From an uncultured virus (IMG/VR IMGVR_UViG_3300035698_035306) (lineage: Duplodnaviria; Heunggongvirae; Uroviricota; Caudoviricetes), in IMG/VR virus record IMGVR_UViG_3300035698_035306: a DNA stretch of 64,000 nt. One strand, written 5' to 3'. How positions within the stretch are numbered: position 1 is the stretch's first letter; each line of letters opens with the position of its first letter. Below the pieces are notes generated by a model that was given only the letters and a program-made list of their open reading frames with translations, had not been told where the DNA came from and did not search any database. Shown in pieces: positions 13,431 to 24,243 of this stretch. A program made the translations under genes and the position numbers.

Positions 13431-13916
13431 ATGACTGACCAAGACTTAAGAGAACTCAGAGAATTATTAGGTGACCAAAAATTCATCGAACCAAAAGATG
13501 ACTTCATCGACTGGTTAATTGAATACGCTAAAGACAGAATGATTATTGATGTTGGTTGTGGTAACGGTCACGTAACAAGAGCAATAAATGCCAAAGGTGG
13601 CAAAGCAATCGGCGTAGACCCGTTCATGACAGATGCATGTAAGATGTCCGCTCCATCAGCTTTCTATCAACACAAAATAGAACACACACCTTTCAGAAAC
13701 TTACCTGGCCATCAAGTATTGTACTTACTTGCAAGACCTTGCCATGGTCACTTCACTGAATTAACTTTAGCATATGCTCAGCCTCAATCTGAAGTATTAT
13801 ATGTTGGACTTCATAAGAATGTAGAGATTGATTTCTTTAAGACATTTGACTTTCATAAAGTAGATGCACCAACTGCAAAGAGTTACGAATTAGCATTATC
13901 AGTTAAAAAATCATAA
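13431..13916 (+). CDS. class I SAM-dependent methyltransferase-like protein
   Basis: motif I IIDVGCGNG, then AIGVD. Confidence 0.7.
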   Translation: MTDQDLRELRELLGDQKFIEPKDDFIDWLIEYAKDRMIIDVGCGNGHVTRAINAKGGKAIGVDPFMTDACKMSAPSAFYQHKIEHTPFRNLPGHQVLYLLARPCHGHFTELTLAYAQPQSEVLYVGLHKNVEIDFFKTFDFHKVDAPTAKSYELALSVKKS

Positions 13917-13918
13917 AT

Positions 13919-14365
13919 ATGTTAACAGTTGAATTAGTTCCTAAAACATCTTGGTATGCAAATGTTCGTAAAGAAGTTACGAAAAAGCAATGGAATATTA
14001 TCAAGAAACAAACTGCAGAAGACGCAAATCATATCTGTCAAGAATGTGGAAGTTCAGGATTGAAACAAGGACGTAAGCATGCAGTAGAATGTCATGAGAT
14101 ATGGCAATATGATGATAAAACCCTTAAGCAAACATTAGTAGGTTTTATAGCATTATGCCCAAGATGTCACAATGTTAAGCACTTTGGTAAAGCTAGAATG
14201 TTAGGTCTTGAACAACAAACACTTCAACATTTTTGTAAAGTTAATAAGATGACTGCACCTTTTGCAAATGCATATATTAATGAAGCTTTTAGAAAATGGT
14301 TCGAAAGAAGTCAATTCAAATGGGAAGTTGATATGTCTTACTTAAAAGTATACAATTATGAGTAA
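13919..14365 (+). CDS. HNH endonuclease
   Basis: CQEC...ECHEIW...LCPRCHNVKH. Confidence 0.8.
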   Translation: MLTVELVPKTSWYANVRKEVTKKQWNIIKKQTAEDANHICQECGSSGLKQGRKHAVECHEIWQYDDKTLKQTLVGFIALCPRCHNVKHFGKARMLGLEQQTLQHFCKVNKMTAPFANAYINEAFRKWFERSQFKWEVDMSYLKVYNYE

Positions 14366-14603
14366 CAATCTCACATATTACTGTGATGACAAAAGGCATC
14401 TCGTATGTAAACCATACAGTATTGATAACCTTCATACAATGGCTGAAGATTTGGCCATAAAAAGATGTTGGTTCCATAAGAATCACTATGACATTCCAAA
14501 AAGAAGAATTGATGAGATAACATCTAAGTGCACTTTAATTAAACCTAGAGAAATAGCAATGATAATTTATGCTCATAACGTAATTAAAAAAATATACAAA
14601 TGA
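14358..14603 (+). CDS. DUF4031-like small protein
   Basis: HLV...LHTMAEDLAIKRCWFH..HYDI pattern recalled for DUF4031. Confidence 0.55.
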   Translation: MSNNLTYYCDDKRHLVCKPYSIDNLHTMAEDLAIKRCWFHKNHYDIPKRRIDEITSKCTLIKPREIAMIIYAHNVIKKIYK

Positions 14604-14848
14604 AAACAATATTAATTATATTCGCATTCTTAGCGATAATGTTAACAAGCTGTAATGAAAGAACTTCAGTAACTGTTAGTACACTTAACTGTACTATAAT
14701 AGATACAACAAATGTATCTCAAAATGGTTTCAATGTAACAGTTGGATATAGCGTAATTATAAAAATGGACAGTACATATTACTCTGCATACATGGACACT
14801 GATGGCGAAGTAACTACTATCTACAGAACACTTAAAATAAGAGAATAA
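14600..14848 (+). CDS. putative lipoprotein
   Basis: MKTILIIFAFLAIMLTSC lipobox. Confidence 0.65.
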   Translation: MKTILIIFAFLAIMLTSCNERTSVTVSTLNCTIIDTTNVSQNGFNVTVGYSVIIKMDSTYYSAYMDTDGEVTTIYRTLKIRE

Positions 14849-15344
14849 TGAACAAAGTAGGAGATAAATGGAGTTTAAAATTTGGCCAAAAACAAATAAT
14901 GGACCATCCGAGTAGCGACAGTAGGGTTTATATAGAAGGGTGCTATGGTGAAGAAGCTTCAACATTCACACAAGCTTTAAAAGCAATAGATGTTGGTGTA
15001 AAACACGGTGGCTATTTTCAGTTAGTAACTGTAATTGCAATTTGTGGTACTAAATTTAAAGGTACTTATATGCAACTGAAGAAAATCGTCGAGCAAATTA
15101 ATGAAGATGGTTTAATCACTGAAAAGGTTAGTAAGCCTAAGAAAGTTGCAACTAGGGGGTTTTGGGCCCGGATTTTCTGTACTCATAGTTATAAGCTTAT
15201 CCAGAATTTTACAGTGCCTTCAGAGTTTGATGTTATAGTAGAATCAGGGAAGATACCTAATACCCACAATAGTCAGCAGAGAAAGATTGTAAGTGACTAT
15301 AAGTGTGAAAACTGTGGTAAATTAAAACGATTAACAGCATAAAA

Positions 15345-16022
15345 ATGGATATAAAAGTAAATATCATCGAGGATTATCGTAAACTTGTTAAAGGAGAAAC
15401 TATTACATTCTCTAATAAACTTAATTTCGTAGTTGGGTCAAACGGCTCAGGTAAGTCAAGTCTATTAAACGTCATACGTTCACAGTGGAAAGGTCATTAT
15501 ATGGGACGTTTACGTAAAGACGAAGTTGAGAAAGTAGCTACAGTTACAGGCCTCGATTCATTTGATAGTAAATATGACTACAATACTGAGACTGATAGTA
15601 ATAAAGGTCAAAGCTTTGCAGATATGGATTACCTCTTATCTAATGGTGGTATTCATGCAATGAGAATGTCTTCAGGAGAAGCTCAGAATCAACAAATCTA
15701 TGCAATGTTTAATAAGATTGCATCTGAAAAAGAAAAGAAAGTTCTTATAATTCTTGATGAACCGGAAAAAGGCCTTGATGTTAAACGACAAGTAGAATTG
15801 TTTAAGTTTATAAGACTTACATCGAAAATGTTTGACTTCAATTATATCATATCTACTCACTCAGTTATTTTACTAGAATTATTAAATGGAGATGCATTTG
15901 ATATTGAAACAAGAACATGGGTTAATTCAAAGGAGTATGTTAAAGGCTATATTGATGAGACTTTAACAGAAGAACCGATAGAAAAAGCTATAAAGAATCA
16001 AAATAAAAAGAATGAAAAATAA
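15345..16022 (+). CDS. stand-alone ABC-type ATPase
   Basis: Walker A GSNGSGKS, signature MSSGE, Walker B IILDEPE, H-loop ISTHS. Confidence 0.9.
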   Translation: MDIKVNIIEDYRKLVKGETITFSNKLNFVVGSNGSGKSSLLNVIRSQWKGHYMGRLRKDEVEKVATVTGLDSFDSKYDYNTETDSNKGQSFADMDYLLSNGGIHAMRMSSGEAQNQQIYAMFNKIASEKEKKVLIILDEPEKGLDVKRQVELFKFIRLTSKMFDFNYIISTHSVILLELLNGDAFDIETRTWVNSKEYVKGYIDETLTEEPIEKAIKNQNKKNEK

Positions 16023-17076
16023 AAAGAAATTTTTAAAGGAGTACATTGATACTCCATCTCCGTCTGGTTATGAGATGGAATTAGGTGGCCAAAAAGTATG
16101 GATTGCTCAAGTTAAACCTTTTTGTAATAGCGTCGATGTAGATGAATACGGTAACGCATATGCCCATTACGGTAATTACAAATCGGAAGCTAAGACAGTA
16201 CTGTTAGATGCACATGGGGATGAAATTGGCTTCTTCGTGTTTGACATTACAGATAAGGGATTCCTTAAAATCGGATGCTTAGGTGGTTCAGATATTACTA
16301 TCGCACCATCGTCAAGAGTTAATGTATGGGGAGAAAAAGGCTCAGTTAAAGGAGTATTTGGACATCCTGCTATTCATGTCCATAAACGTAAATTTGAATC
16401 AAAAGTAGAAGATACTTTCGTTGATGTTGGAGCTAAAGATAAAGAAGCTGTTGAAAAGATGGGTATCGAAGTTGGAACTCCTATTACAATGGTTGATGGT
16501 TATATGGAATTAGGTGACTTTTATTGTGGTCGTTCTCTTGATGATAAGATTGGTGGTTTCATTACTGCAAGTTTATTAGAGAGATTACATGATGAGAAGA
16601 TTGAACTACCATTTAACTTAGTAGTTGTTAACGCAGTACAAGAAGAAGTTGGTTTATTTGGAGCTCAAATCGCAGCTCAAAGAATTAAGCCTGATGTTGC
16701 CATTGCAATTGATGTGACCCATTGTACTGATGCACCATGTTATAATAAAAATCTCCAAGGTAGCATATCTGCAGGTGAAGGTATAGTTATCATGAATGCC
16801 CCGTCAATCCAAAAGAACTTAATGAAGTTACTTGTTAAGACTGCAAAGGACAACAAGATTAAATATCAAATGACTGCTGCCGGAAGAGGTTCTGGAACAA
16901 ATGCAGATTCATATGCATATCCTAATGGTATACCCACTGCATTACTGAAAATGGGAATGAGGTACATGCATACAACAGTTGAGACAGTCCATAAAGAAGA
17001 TGTAAAGAATGCAATCGACTTATTATATCACGTCCTTCAAACAGACGCGATTAACCAATCACTTAAGTACGATTAA
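16012..17076 (+). CDS. M42 family aminopeptidase (TET-like)
   Basis: SPSGYE, DAHGDEIG, LDDKIG, QEEVG, AIDV, GTNA, RYMHT. Confidence 0.92.
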   Translation: MKNKKKFLKEYIDTPSPSGYEMELGGQKVWIAQVKPFCNSVDVDEYGNAYAHYGNYKSEAKTVLLDAHGDEIGFFVFDITDKGFLKIGCLGGSDITIAPSSRVNVWGEKGSVKGVFGHPAIHVHKRKFESKVEDTFVDVGAKDKEAVEKMGIEVGTPITMVDGYMELGDFYCGRSLDDKIGGFITASLLERLHDEKIELPFNLVVVNAVQEEVGLFGAQIAAQRIKPDVAIAIDVTHCTDAPCYNKNLQGSISAGEGIVIMNAPSIQKNLMKLLVKTAKDNKIKYQMTAAGRGSGTNADSYAYPNGIPTALLKMGMRYMHTTVETVHKEDVKNAIDLLYHVLQTDAINQSLKYD

Positions 17077-17133
17077 ATAGAAGAACTATTATTAATAAGT
17101 AAGTATATAAATAAATAAAAATTAAGAAGAAGA

Positions 17134-17325
17134 ATGAAGAAGATTTTAATCGTATTAGCGTTTGTGGCTTTAATGTTCACAGCATGTACACCAACAGTAG
17201 AAACAGAAGTAATTTCTGAAACAGTAGACTCAACATCTACAGAACAAGTAGATACTACAGTAACTTTAGTAGAAGATACTACAGTTTATGTTATTGACAC
17301 AGCGAAAGTTAACGCTCATAGATAA
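17134..17325 (+). CDS. small Thr-rich lipoprotein
   Basis: MKKILIVLAFVALMFTAC lipobox. Confidence 0.75.
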   Translation: MKKILIVLAFVALMFTACTPTVETEVISETVDSTSTEQVDTTVTLVEDTTVYVIDTAKVNAHR

Positions 17326-17339
17326 TCTAAAAATATAAA

Positions 17340-17359
17340 GTGACTTCGGTCATATTTTT
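17340..17359 (+). terminator. intrinsic terminator with cUUCGg tetraloop
   Basis: GTGAC-TTCG-GTCAT then ATTTTT. Confidence 0.6.
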
Positions 17360-17400
17360 CCGCAATTCCTTTGGTGTTGCGGTTTTTTTATGTAATTTAG
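17360..17400 (+). promoter_or_regulatory. terminator hairpin overlapping a promoter (TGCG class)
   Basis: CCGCAA/TTGCGG stem + T7; TTTG (17370) in the loop, N19, TAATTTAG (17393-17400). Confidence 0.75.
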
Positions 17401-17429
17401 TATCATAATCATTTAAAGAAAACAATAAG

Positions 17430-19824
17430 ATGGCAAAAGAAATTGAAATTGGAGAAAACTTAACTTGGATTCTCATTATATTATTATTCGTAGTAGGTGG
17501 TGGATTATTCGAATATCTAAGTGATAAATCTGAAAATGAAACAAAGGCTAAAACTGAGATGGTTATCACTAAGACTATCACAGATGGTGTAGAAGTATGT
17601 GACACAACATACATAGTAAAACAATAACATGACAATAAAAGAAATTAAAGAAGATTATAAAGTAGAGACTTACGATAGAGGTAAGACACTGATACTTTCA
17701 CATAAAACTAAAAATGGCATATATGCCGTAAGTAAATTTTTAGTTGCACTTAATAAAGTTAAGCCTGGTGTTTACGAGGTTCAAGCTTCTAAATGCCCAA
17801 ACTCTTGGAAAATTAATCATACATCAATGGCCACTGCGAAATGGGCTATCCTTAAGCAACTCATTGGTTTACGAGTAAAAGACTATGATTTCAATTCAGA
17901 GTTTTATAACCCAATGTACAGAGAAGGTTATATGGAAGAGTTGGCAGTAAGAAACCATCTCACTGATAGACTTGATTTCAAATATCTTGATAGTCAGTGG
18001 GGTATTGATGCATATGAAAAAACATGGCCAGGTGTTTACGGTAAAGGTGAATACAGAATGCTTTTACATATCAACGGATTAGATTTAATCGGTGGATTTG
18101 GTGGTTCAAAGAAAACTATTAAAGATAAGGTTAGCGTAAGCTTATCAATGAGAGATGGCAGTTGGGTAGAAGTTAAAGTTGATAGAAAACCTGAAGAGAT
18201 TGCTAATACAATTGATAGCTTAATCAGGCCTGAAATACTCGTCTTAGCTAAAAATCTACTTAATTATTCACACATCTTAAATTCTGTAGAAATTAATCCA
18301 ACAATGAAAGAACCTTCAGGTGCTTTAGATATTACTGAAAAGAATATCAAAAAAGAGATGATACAACAATTAGAACAAACATTAAAATCACTAAGAGGAC
18401 ATTAAAATGGGATATTGGCAAGATATGAAAGCAGCAGAAGTACCTAACTTACAAATAGATGCAACAGGTAATCCAATTAAATTAGGTAGAATGTATGGTT
18501 TCTCAAATGATAGTTCAGGTGTAACTACAACTACTGTAGGTAAAGCTGTTAAGTTCAATGAAAAATCAGTAACTATTGAAATAGCTTACAGGCAGACAGG
18601 TCTTTGGACCAATGCTCCTGATTCAAAAGACCATAAGATTGGTAAAAAATCTGCAGTAAAAGCAATGAAATTATTTCCTATGCATGATGTTAACCATCCA
18701 GATGAAGACTTATTCGACAAAGACTTCCTTAAAGAAATAGGATTTGAAACAATAAAAGATAATGGTAAATACGGTGAAGCACATAGTATCAGACCTAAAG
18801 GTAAAATTATCTTAAATTGGAATAAAGATGGTGCGAACTGTGACTATTTCGGAACACCTGAACCGAGACGTAATTCTTTTTTAGGTATTAAAGAAGATGG
18901 TGGGACGAGAACTACATTTAATGGCATTGTTTATACAAGAGAACAAATAGAATTATTAATCAAATTAAGTTGTTAAAATGGAAAAGAAATTAAGAATATC
19001 ACATAAGTCATTTGAAATAAATGCGTATAGATTCCAAGCTAAATTTCTTAAAGCTGCACTTAGTCATTCTGATGCAAATTTACATAGCTGGAATGACATT
19101 GATAACATTTTAAATTTAGTAGAAAAAATTGTTAAAAGTTATAAGGCTAAATCACATAGACGCTATAGTGCTTATACCCATAAGATTAATAACATTGAAG
19201 GTTTTAGAATTGATGGTGCGGTTGATGAGTATAAAGTATCTTACACATTTAAAAGAGTTGATGGCAAGCTTAAACTTCATTTCAAACTACATTTAAGGAA
19301 ACAAGGATGGGTACGACCTCACAGAATAACTGAATTGGTAATTAGAATTAACGAGAAATAATATGGAAACTTGGTACTTAATAAAGACTGAATCTTGGGA
19401 CCAACCTACTTGGAGATTAAAAATCGAAAGAAATGGTATGGACTGGTTTGTTAACTCTGCAGGTGGTGGTATGCCAATTAATGGTACAGAAGAAATTCTT
19501 GACGAAAAAACAGTTGAAGATGAATCTGACCTTGACTGGAGCATGACATCGTATTTTCATTACAAAGAAGATTGGGATAATGGCTGGTTAAGCCCAGCAG
19601 GAATATGGACCCAATGTGATTATAGAGGCCATTCTGATGTTGCTTATTATGTTCTTAAGACATCTGAACAAGATTTAGAAAAAAATAACTATGTTAAAAT
19701 CTCAGGTAAATATATTTTCACTACACCTACACATAGATATACTAGGAAGCAGATTGAGTGGTTAAAGAAGCATACTCATGCTAAACATGCAGAACTTCTT
19801 GAAGAAACTTGCACAATTATTTAA
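17430..19824 (+). other. five hypothetical ORFs; 19363-19824 carries a GWLSPAG...H domain also seen in 25958-26743
   Basis: ORF track; shared W-x-x-P-A-G...H motif. Confidence 0.65.
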
Positions 19825-19833
19825 CAGAAACTC

Positions 19834-19864
19834 TTTGGATTCTGAGGAATTATTCTTACTTTAG
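19834..19864 (+). promoter_or_regulatory. Bacteroidota-type promoter (CTGA class)
   Basis: TTTG-N19-TACTTTAG then tcttgtaattaa. Confidence 0.85.
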
Positions 19865-20071
19865 TCTTGTAATTAATAATAAACAACATGGCTTTAACAG
19901 TAGAACAAGAAAAAATCAGAAGCAAATACGAGCACAAACTTACTTATGGAAGAGGTATTTTCACAAGCCAATGGGATGAATTAAAAGAATTAAGAACATT
20001 GTGGCTTGAAGCTAAAGGATTAAATCCTAACGATTATAATTTAGACAGTAGGAACATTACAAAGAAATAAT

Positions 20072-20269
20072 ATGACAAAAGACGAAGCAATTCAAGAAAT
20101 GAAAAAAGGAGTTAAAATAACTCATACATATTTCGCATCAGATGAATGGATGACAATGAAAGGCAATAAAATTGTACTCGAAGATGGTGTCAAATGTTGG
20201 CCAGAAGAATTTTGGACCTACAGAACTGATAAAGGTTGGTTAGATGGTTTTGAAATTTACAAAGCTTAA
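20072..20269 (+). CDS. small protein, possibly distant Tad2/DUF2829-like
   Basis: MTKDEAIQEMKKGVKITH...W...DGFEIY resembles the EA..A.K.G.KV...DWE pattern. Confidence 0.35.
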   Translation: MTKDEAIQEMKKGVKITHTYFASDEWMTMKGNKIVLEDGVKCWPEEFWTYRTDKGWLDGFEIYKA

Positions 20270-21022
20270 TCAGATGAAGAAAGGAATTAAGTTAAACATC
20301 AGAGCTTTATTAGCTGATGATAAAAAAGAGACAATGAGTGAAGAACAAGCCTTTATTACAGCTCTCTGTATTAATCTCGGCATGACATACTCACATCATT
20401 CATTTGACAGTAAAGACCCCTACGTATGTATGGCAGCCCCTAATCATACGAATGTAAAGCAAATATTCTATTGCAAAGATATTAAAGAAGATTATTTCCT
20501 TGAAAGAATCGGAAGCTTCTTAAAACAAATCGGAAGAGTAGATTACAAATACGAAGTTCACAGATTAACAAACCCATTAACATATTAACAATGCCAAGAT
20601 TACACGCAGACAGATTAAACGCAATTGGAGCAACACTTTCAACTATCCTTTTCGTAGTACTTTTATTAACAGGCATCGCATTAATTGCAATACCTACATA
20701 CACAGTTGCAGCACTCGGTTTAGACCCAAATTGGTTCTGGCTATTAATACCATCAACCGTGTCTTTTGCATGTTCTTATGGTATAATTGACAATATTAAC
20801 TCAAATACAGGATTATAAATGATAGACAAGACTAAAATATCAAACGTCGTTATTGAAGATATCGACATGAAAGATTGCCCAGACTTCTGTGATGCTAATA
20901 TCACATCTGCAGATGTAACTGAAGGTGATGTAACAAGAGAACTAACTGACAAAGAGTTAGATGAAATTAACGAAGACGGTGAATATATCTTAGAAGAAGT
21001 TCACAAATTTTTATACTAAACA

Positions 21023-21778
21023 ATGAGCAAGAAACCTTTATACGGTAACTGGGAATTTAGAGCACCTGATAATGAAGTCATATTTTATGACTCAATTAAA
21101 AGGGCTAACTGGTATCTGGATAGAGAATTAGCTACAATTGTTGCACCTAACACTATCAAGCTTAAATTTGAACCAGCAGGTAGAAGAGACCCAAATGACT
21201 TATATTCATTAAGTAAGAAGAGTAATAATTGTGTTGTATGTAACACGTCTACATTAGATGTACTTACTAAACATCACATTGTTCCAAGTGAGTACAGAAA
21301 GTTCTTTCCTGTTGAAATTAAATCTAGGTCTTCACATGATATTGTTCCTATATGTAGAGAGCACCATAATGAATATGAAACACAAGCGGATAAGCTAAAA
21401 CAAAAGCTTGCTGATAAATATGGATTTGCTCTTAATAGACATGAAATTAAGGATGAAATTCACACTGCAATAAAACTTTCTAAGGTTTTATTAAATGTTC
21501 CAGTTAATATTCCAGCTGATAGATTAGAGCAGATTAGAGAAGCTTTTATCAAATCCAGTGGTATCATTCATGTGACTGAACAAAGCATCCTAGATTTCTG
21601 CCTAAAACATAAAGAACATAAGGCTAGAACACATGGTGACATGATTATAGAACAAGTTAAAAAAGAAGGTAAATTATTTGAGTTTGTACAGATGTGGAGA
21701 CAGCATTTTCTTGACACTACTAACCCTCAATTTATGCCGCAACACTGGTCGGTAAATCGACCATTAATAATAGAATAA
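21023..21778 (+). CDS. HNH-like protein resembling the C-terminal domain of eukaryotic EXD2
   Basis: PLYGN..RAPD..ANWYL..LKFEPAGR..NCVVC..HHIVPSEYRKFFP..SHDIVPIC..HG..WRQHFL..P..WSV. Confidence 0.75.
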   Translation: MSKKPLYGNWEFRAPDNEVIFYDSIKRANWYLDRELATIVAPNTIKLKFEPAGRRDPNDLYSLSKKSNNCVVCNTSTLDVLTKHHIVPSEYRKFFPVEIKSRSSHDIVPICREHHNEYETQADKLKQKLADKYGFALNRHEIKDEIHTAIKLSKVLLNVPVNIPADRLEQIREAFIKSSGIIHVTEQSILDFCLKHKEHKARTHGDMIIEQVKKEGKLFEFVQMWRQHFLDTTNPQFMPQHWSVNRPLIIE

Positions 21779-22229
21779 ATGACAGAAACAGAAAACGATT
21801 TCGACAACATGGTTGAAGATACTAAAAAAGAAGTAACACCTACTGTAGATAATTATAGTAAGCAAATTGAAATTCTTGTAGAAAAACGAGATAAGAAAAT
21901 GAAGAACTTTGATTTTGCAAAAGCAAAGGGCTTTCATGAATGGGAAGCTAACATGGAACCTGAACAAGGTCAGATAGAAGCATTGGTAAGAAAATCAAGA
22001 CTTATTGCAGTTTCTGAACTTGAAGATATTCCAAGTTACGGTGACCACATGAGATTTGAAGATTTCAAAGAGTGTTGTGATTCAGGTGGTTTCATTGATT
22101 ATGACGGTAGTGGTAATTATGCAACCAAAGATAAGATGTCAAGTATTGGTATCTGGGCAAGTGACATTACTGAAGGAGTACATCGTACTGACTTCACACA
22201 TGTCGTATGGTTTAACAAATAAAAATAAA

Positions 22230-22892
22230 ATGGGAAAGTTTGATAAAGTAAAAAAGAAGATAAAGAAGAAGAAAAGAGAAATTCACTTCGGTTACATATT
22301 TCTATTAGTGGCTATTTTAGCTATCGGAATTGTAACAGGTACTCAATATGAAAAGACAAAGCGTAATGAACTGCACAGATTAGGTTTAATCTATAATGAT
22401 GACGTCAAGGCTTTAGAGATGATTATTGAGTCACATCGGAATGAAATAAATATCTACAAGACTTACTTAGATTCAATCCCATTAGGAACCCCAATCGATG
22501 TTATTGAAATTGCATCTGATTATGGTTATAGAGTTGACCCATTTGATACAATTATCTTATTCCATAAAGGTTTAGATTTACAAGCTAAATTAAAACAAGA
22601 GATTTATACACCTGCAGATGGTATTGTTACCAGGGCAGAATACGTCAGAGGATATGGTTTATGCGTAAACGTAAAACATTCACAAGACTATTCAACTGTA
22701 TACGCTCACTTAAATAACCTCATCGTCAGCAAAGGTGACTCAGTAAGTAAAGGTGATGTGGTTGGTTTAGCAGGTTCAACAGGTAAGAGTACTAACGTGC
22801 ACTTACATTATGAAGTTCGCAAAGAGAATTTACCATTAGACCCAGAAGATTTCATAAATATTCAGGTAAAAGCTTTGGGTCCTGAAAATTAA
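22230..22892 (+). CDS. membrane-anchored M23 (LytM) peptidase
   Basis: TM segment; HKGLD, YAHL, GSTGKST, HLHYEV; ATG 22230 preferred over the track start 22056. Confidence 0.9.
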   Translation: MGKFDKVKKKIKKKKREIHFGYIFLLVAILAIGIVTGTQYEKTKRNELHRLGLIYNDDVKALEMIIESHRNEINIYKTYLDSIPLGTPIDVIEIASDYGYRVDPFDTIILFHKGLDLQAKLKQEIYTPADGIVTRAEYVRGYGLCVNVKHSQDYSTVYAHLNNLIVSKGDSVSKGDVVGLAGSTGKSTNVHLHYEVRKENLPLDPEDFINIQVKALGPEN

Positions 22893-22904
22893 TTAGTACT
22901 TTAG
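22874..22904 (+). promoter_or_regulatory. Bacteroidota-type promoter (CTGA class)
   Basis: TTTG-N19-TACTTTAG overlapping the M23 stop. Confidence 0.8.
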
Positions 22905-23297
22905 AAAAATAAAACAATTAAAAATAAAGAATATGGAATTTAAAATAGCAGGACCAAAAAGAATACCAAAAGGACCAAAAAACGTATTTCGTTTAAAGGT
23001 TTCAGCAATGTCTGGAGATGCAGACCATTACGAAACAAACGTATGGGACGTTGAACCTGAACGTAAGAAAGCTATTGAATTAGCAATTGGTTTATGTGAC
23101 TGGGCAAATAAGGATTGGCCTAATAGAGATTCAATTCTTGACAGAATTAATGAAATTCAAAAAGACCATAAGGTAAATCTTTATAGTTTAGTAGGTCGCG
23201 ATACAACTTGTTATGACTATATATGTCGTCCAAGTCTTAAAGAACTTACATGGTTTGATGAAAATGGTGTAGAACATTTAGTAAATATTAAAAGATA

Positions 23298-24242
23298 ATG
23301 AATTGTAGCTATAGAATAATGAAGAACGTAAACATCGGGTTACGTGTAAGAAAGACAGCTGATAAATCAACTGTTAAATTTGATAATGAACCATTCACTG
23401 GTGCAAAATTACTTCAATATGACAGACAAGGTTTTAAAATTGGACATGAAAGTCTTCCTAAAGACATTTGGGTTGATTTTGAACAATTACCATTAACTAA
23501 ACTTAAGATTGACAATGGTATCATTCAAGATGAGATTACATTTGTCGAGAGATTAATGGGTGGTGGTGGAACTACATCAATGTTCTTAATGCCAACACAT
23601 TGGTTAGATTATCAAGAATTACTTCATGATAAGCAACTTAAAGATTCTGAAGTTAAATATACAATCTCACAACTTAATGAAGGTGACAATGTTATCAGTG
23701 CATTATGTCGTGAAGGTAATGTTATGACTTATCTTGGTAAGTTCTTCGTTGTCTATACAAAAGACTATCAAAGATGGGGTTACCACGACAGGAGAAAATT
23801 CCCTTACATTTCTAATGCACCTGAAAGAGCATTCTTTGCTATCAGAAAAGACAATGGTAAAATTAAGATAGTTAACTATCCTATTACTAATAAGAAGATT
23901 ACAGAGCTTTATAAGGCTGAAGATAGAGGTTTAGAAGCATGTGATGTTGAATTTACAAGTATGTCAGTTAACCTTGACATGATTAGATACGTAAATCATA
24001 ATCGAAAGAATGCAAAATACTACAGTGGATATGAGTTCACAGAAGAAGCAATTGAAAGATTAACCAATTACGATAAAGTAACAGAAGGTGCAGAACGTGC
24101 CATTTTCATTACAGATTTTAAGAAAGATTTTAAGACAAGAGCAATGGAATATTATGCTACAAATCTTAAACAATTAACCGAAACACTTTTCGAGACTGAG
24201 CAATTAGCTCAAGATGAGTATTCAAGAAAAAACAGATATTAA
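23298..24242 (+). CDS. hypothetical phage protein, probable distant paralog of 49724-50668
   Basis: shared N.P..G, I..G.IQ, ..L..G..., TY.G pattern; both 314 aa. Confidence 0.6.
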   Translation: MNCSYRIMKNVNIGLRVRKTADKSTVKFDNEPFTGAKLLQYDRQGFKIGHESLPKDIWVDFEQLPLTKLKIDNGIIQDEITFVERLMGGGGTTSMFLMPTHWLDYQELLHDKQLKDSEVKYTISQLNEGDNVISALCREGNVMTYLGKFFVVYTKDYQRWGYHDRRKFPYISNAPERAFFAIRKDNGKIKIVNYPITNKKITELYKAEDRGLEACDVEFTSMSVNLDMIRYVNHNRKNAKYYSGYEFTEEAIERLTNYDKVTEGAERAIFITDFKKDFKTRAMEYYATNLKQLTETLFETEQLAQDEYSRKNRY

Positions 24243-24243
24243 A

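Noticed and set aside
17106..17113. T4-like late promoter TATAAATA before the lipoprotein gene
   Set aside because: Single intergenic instance in very AT-rich DNA; the same 8-mer occurs inside a CDS near 60393
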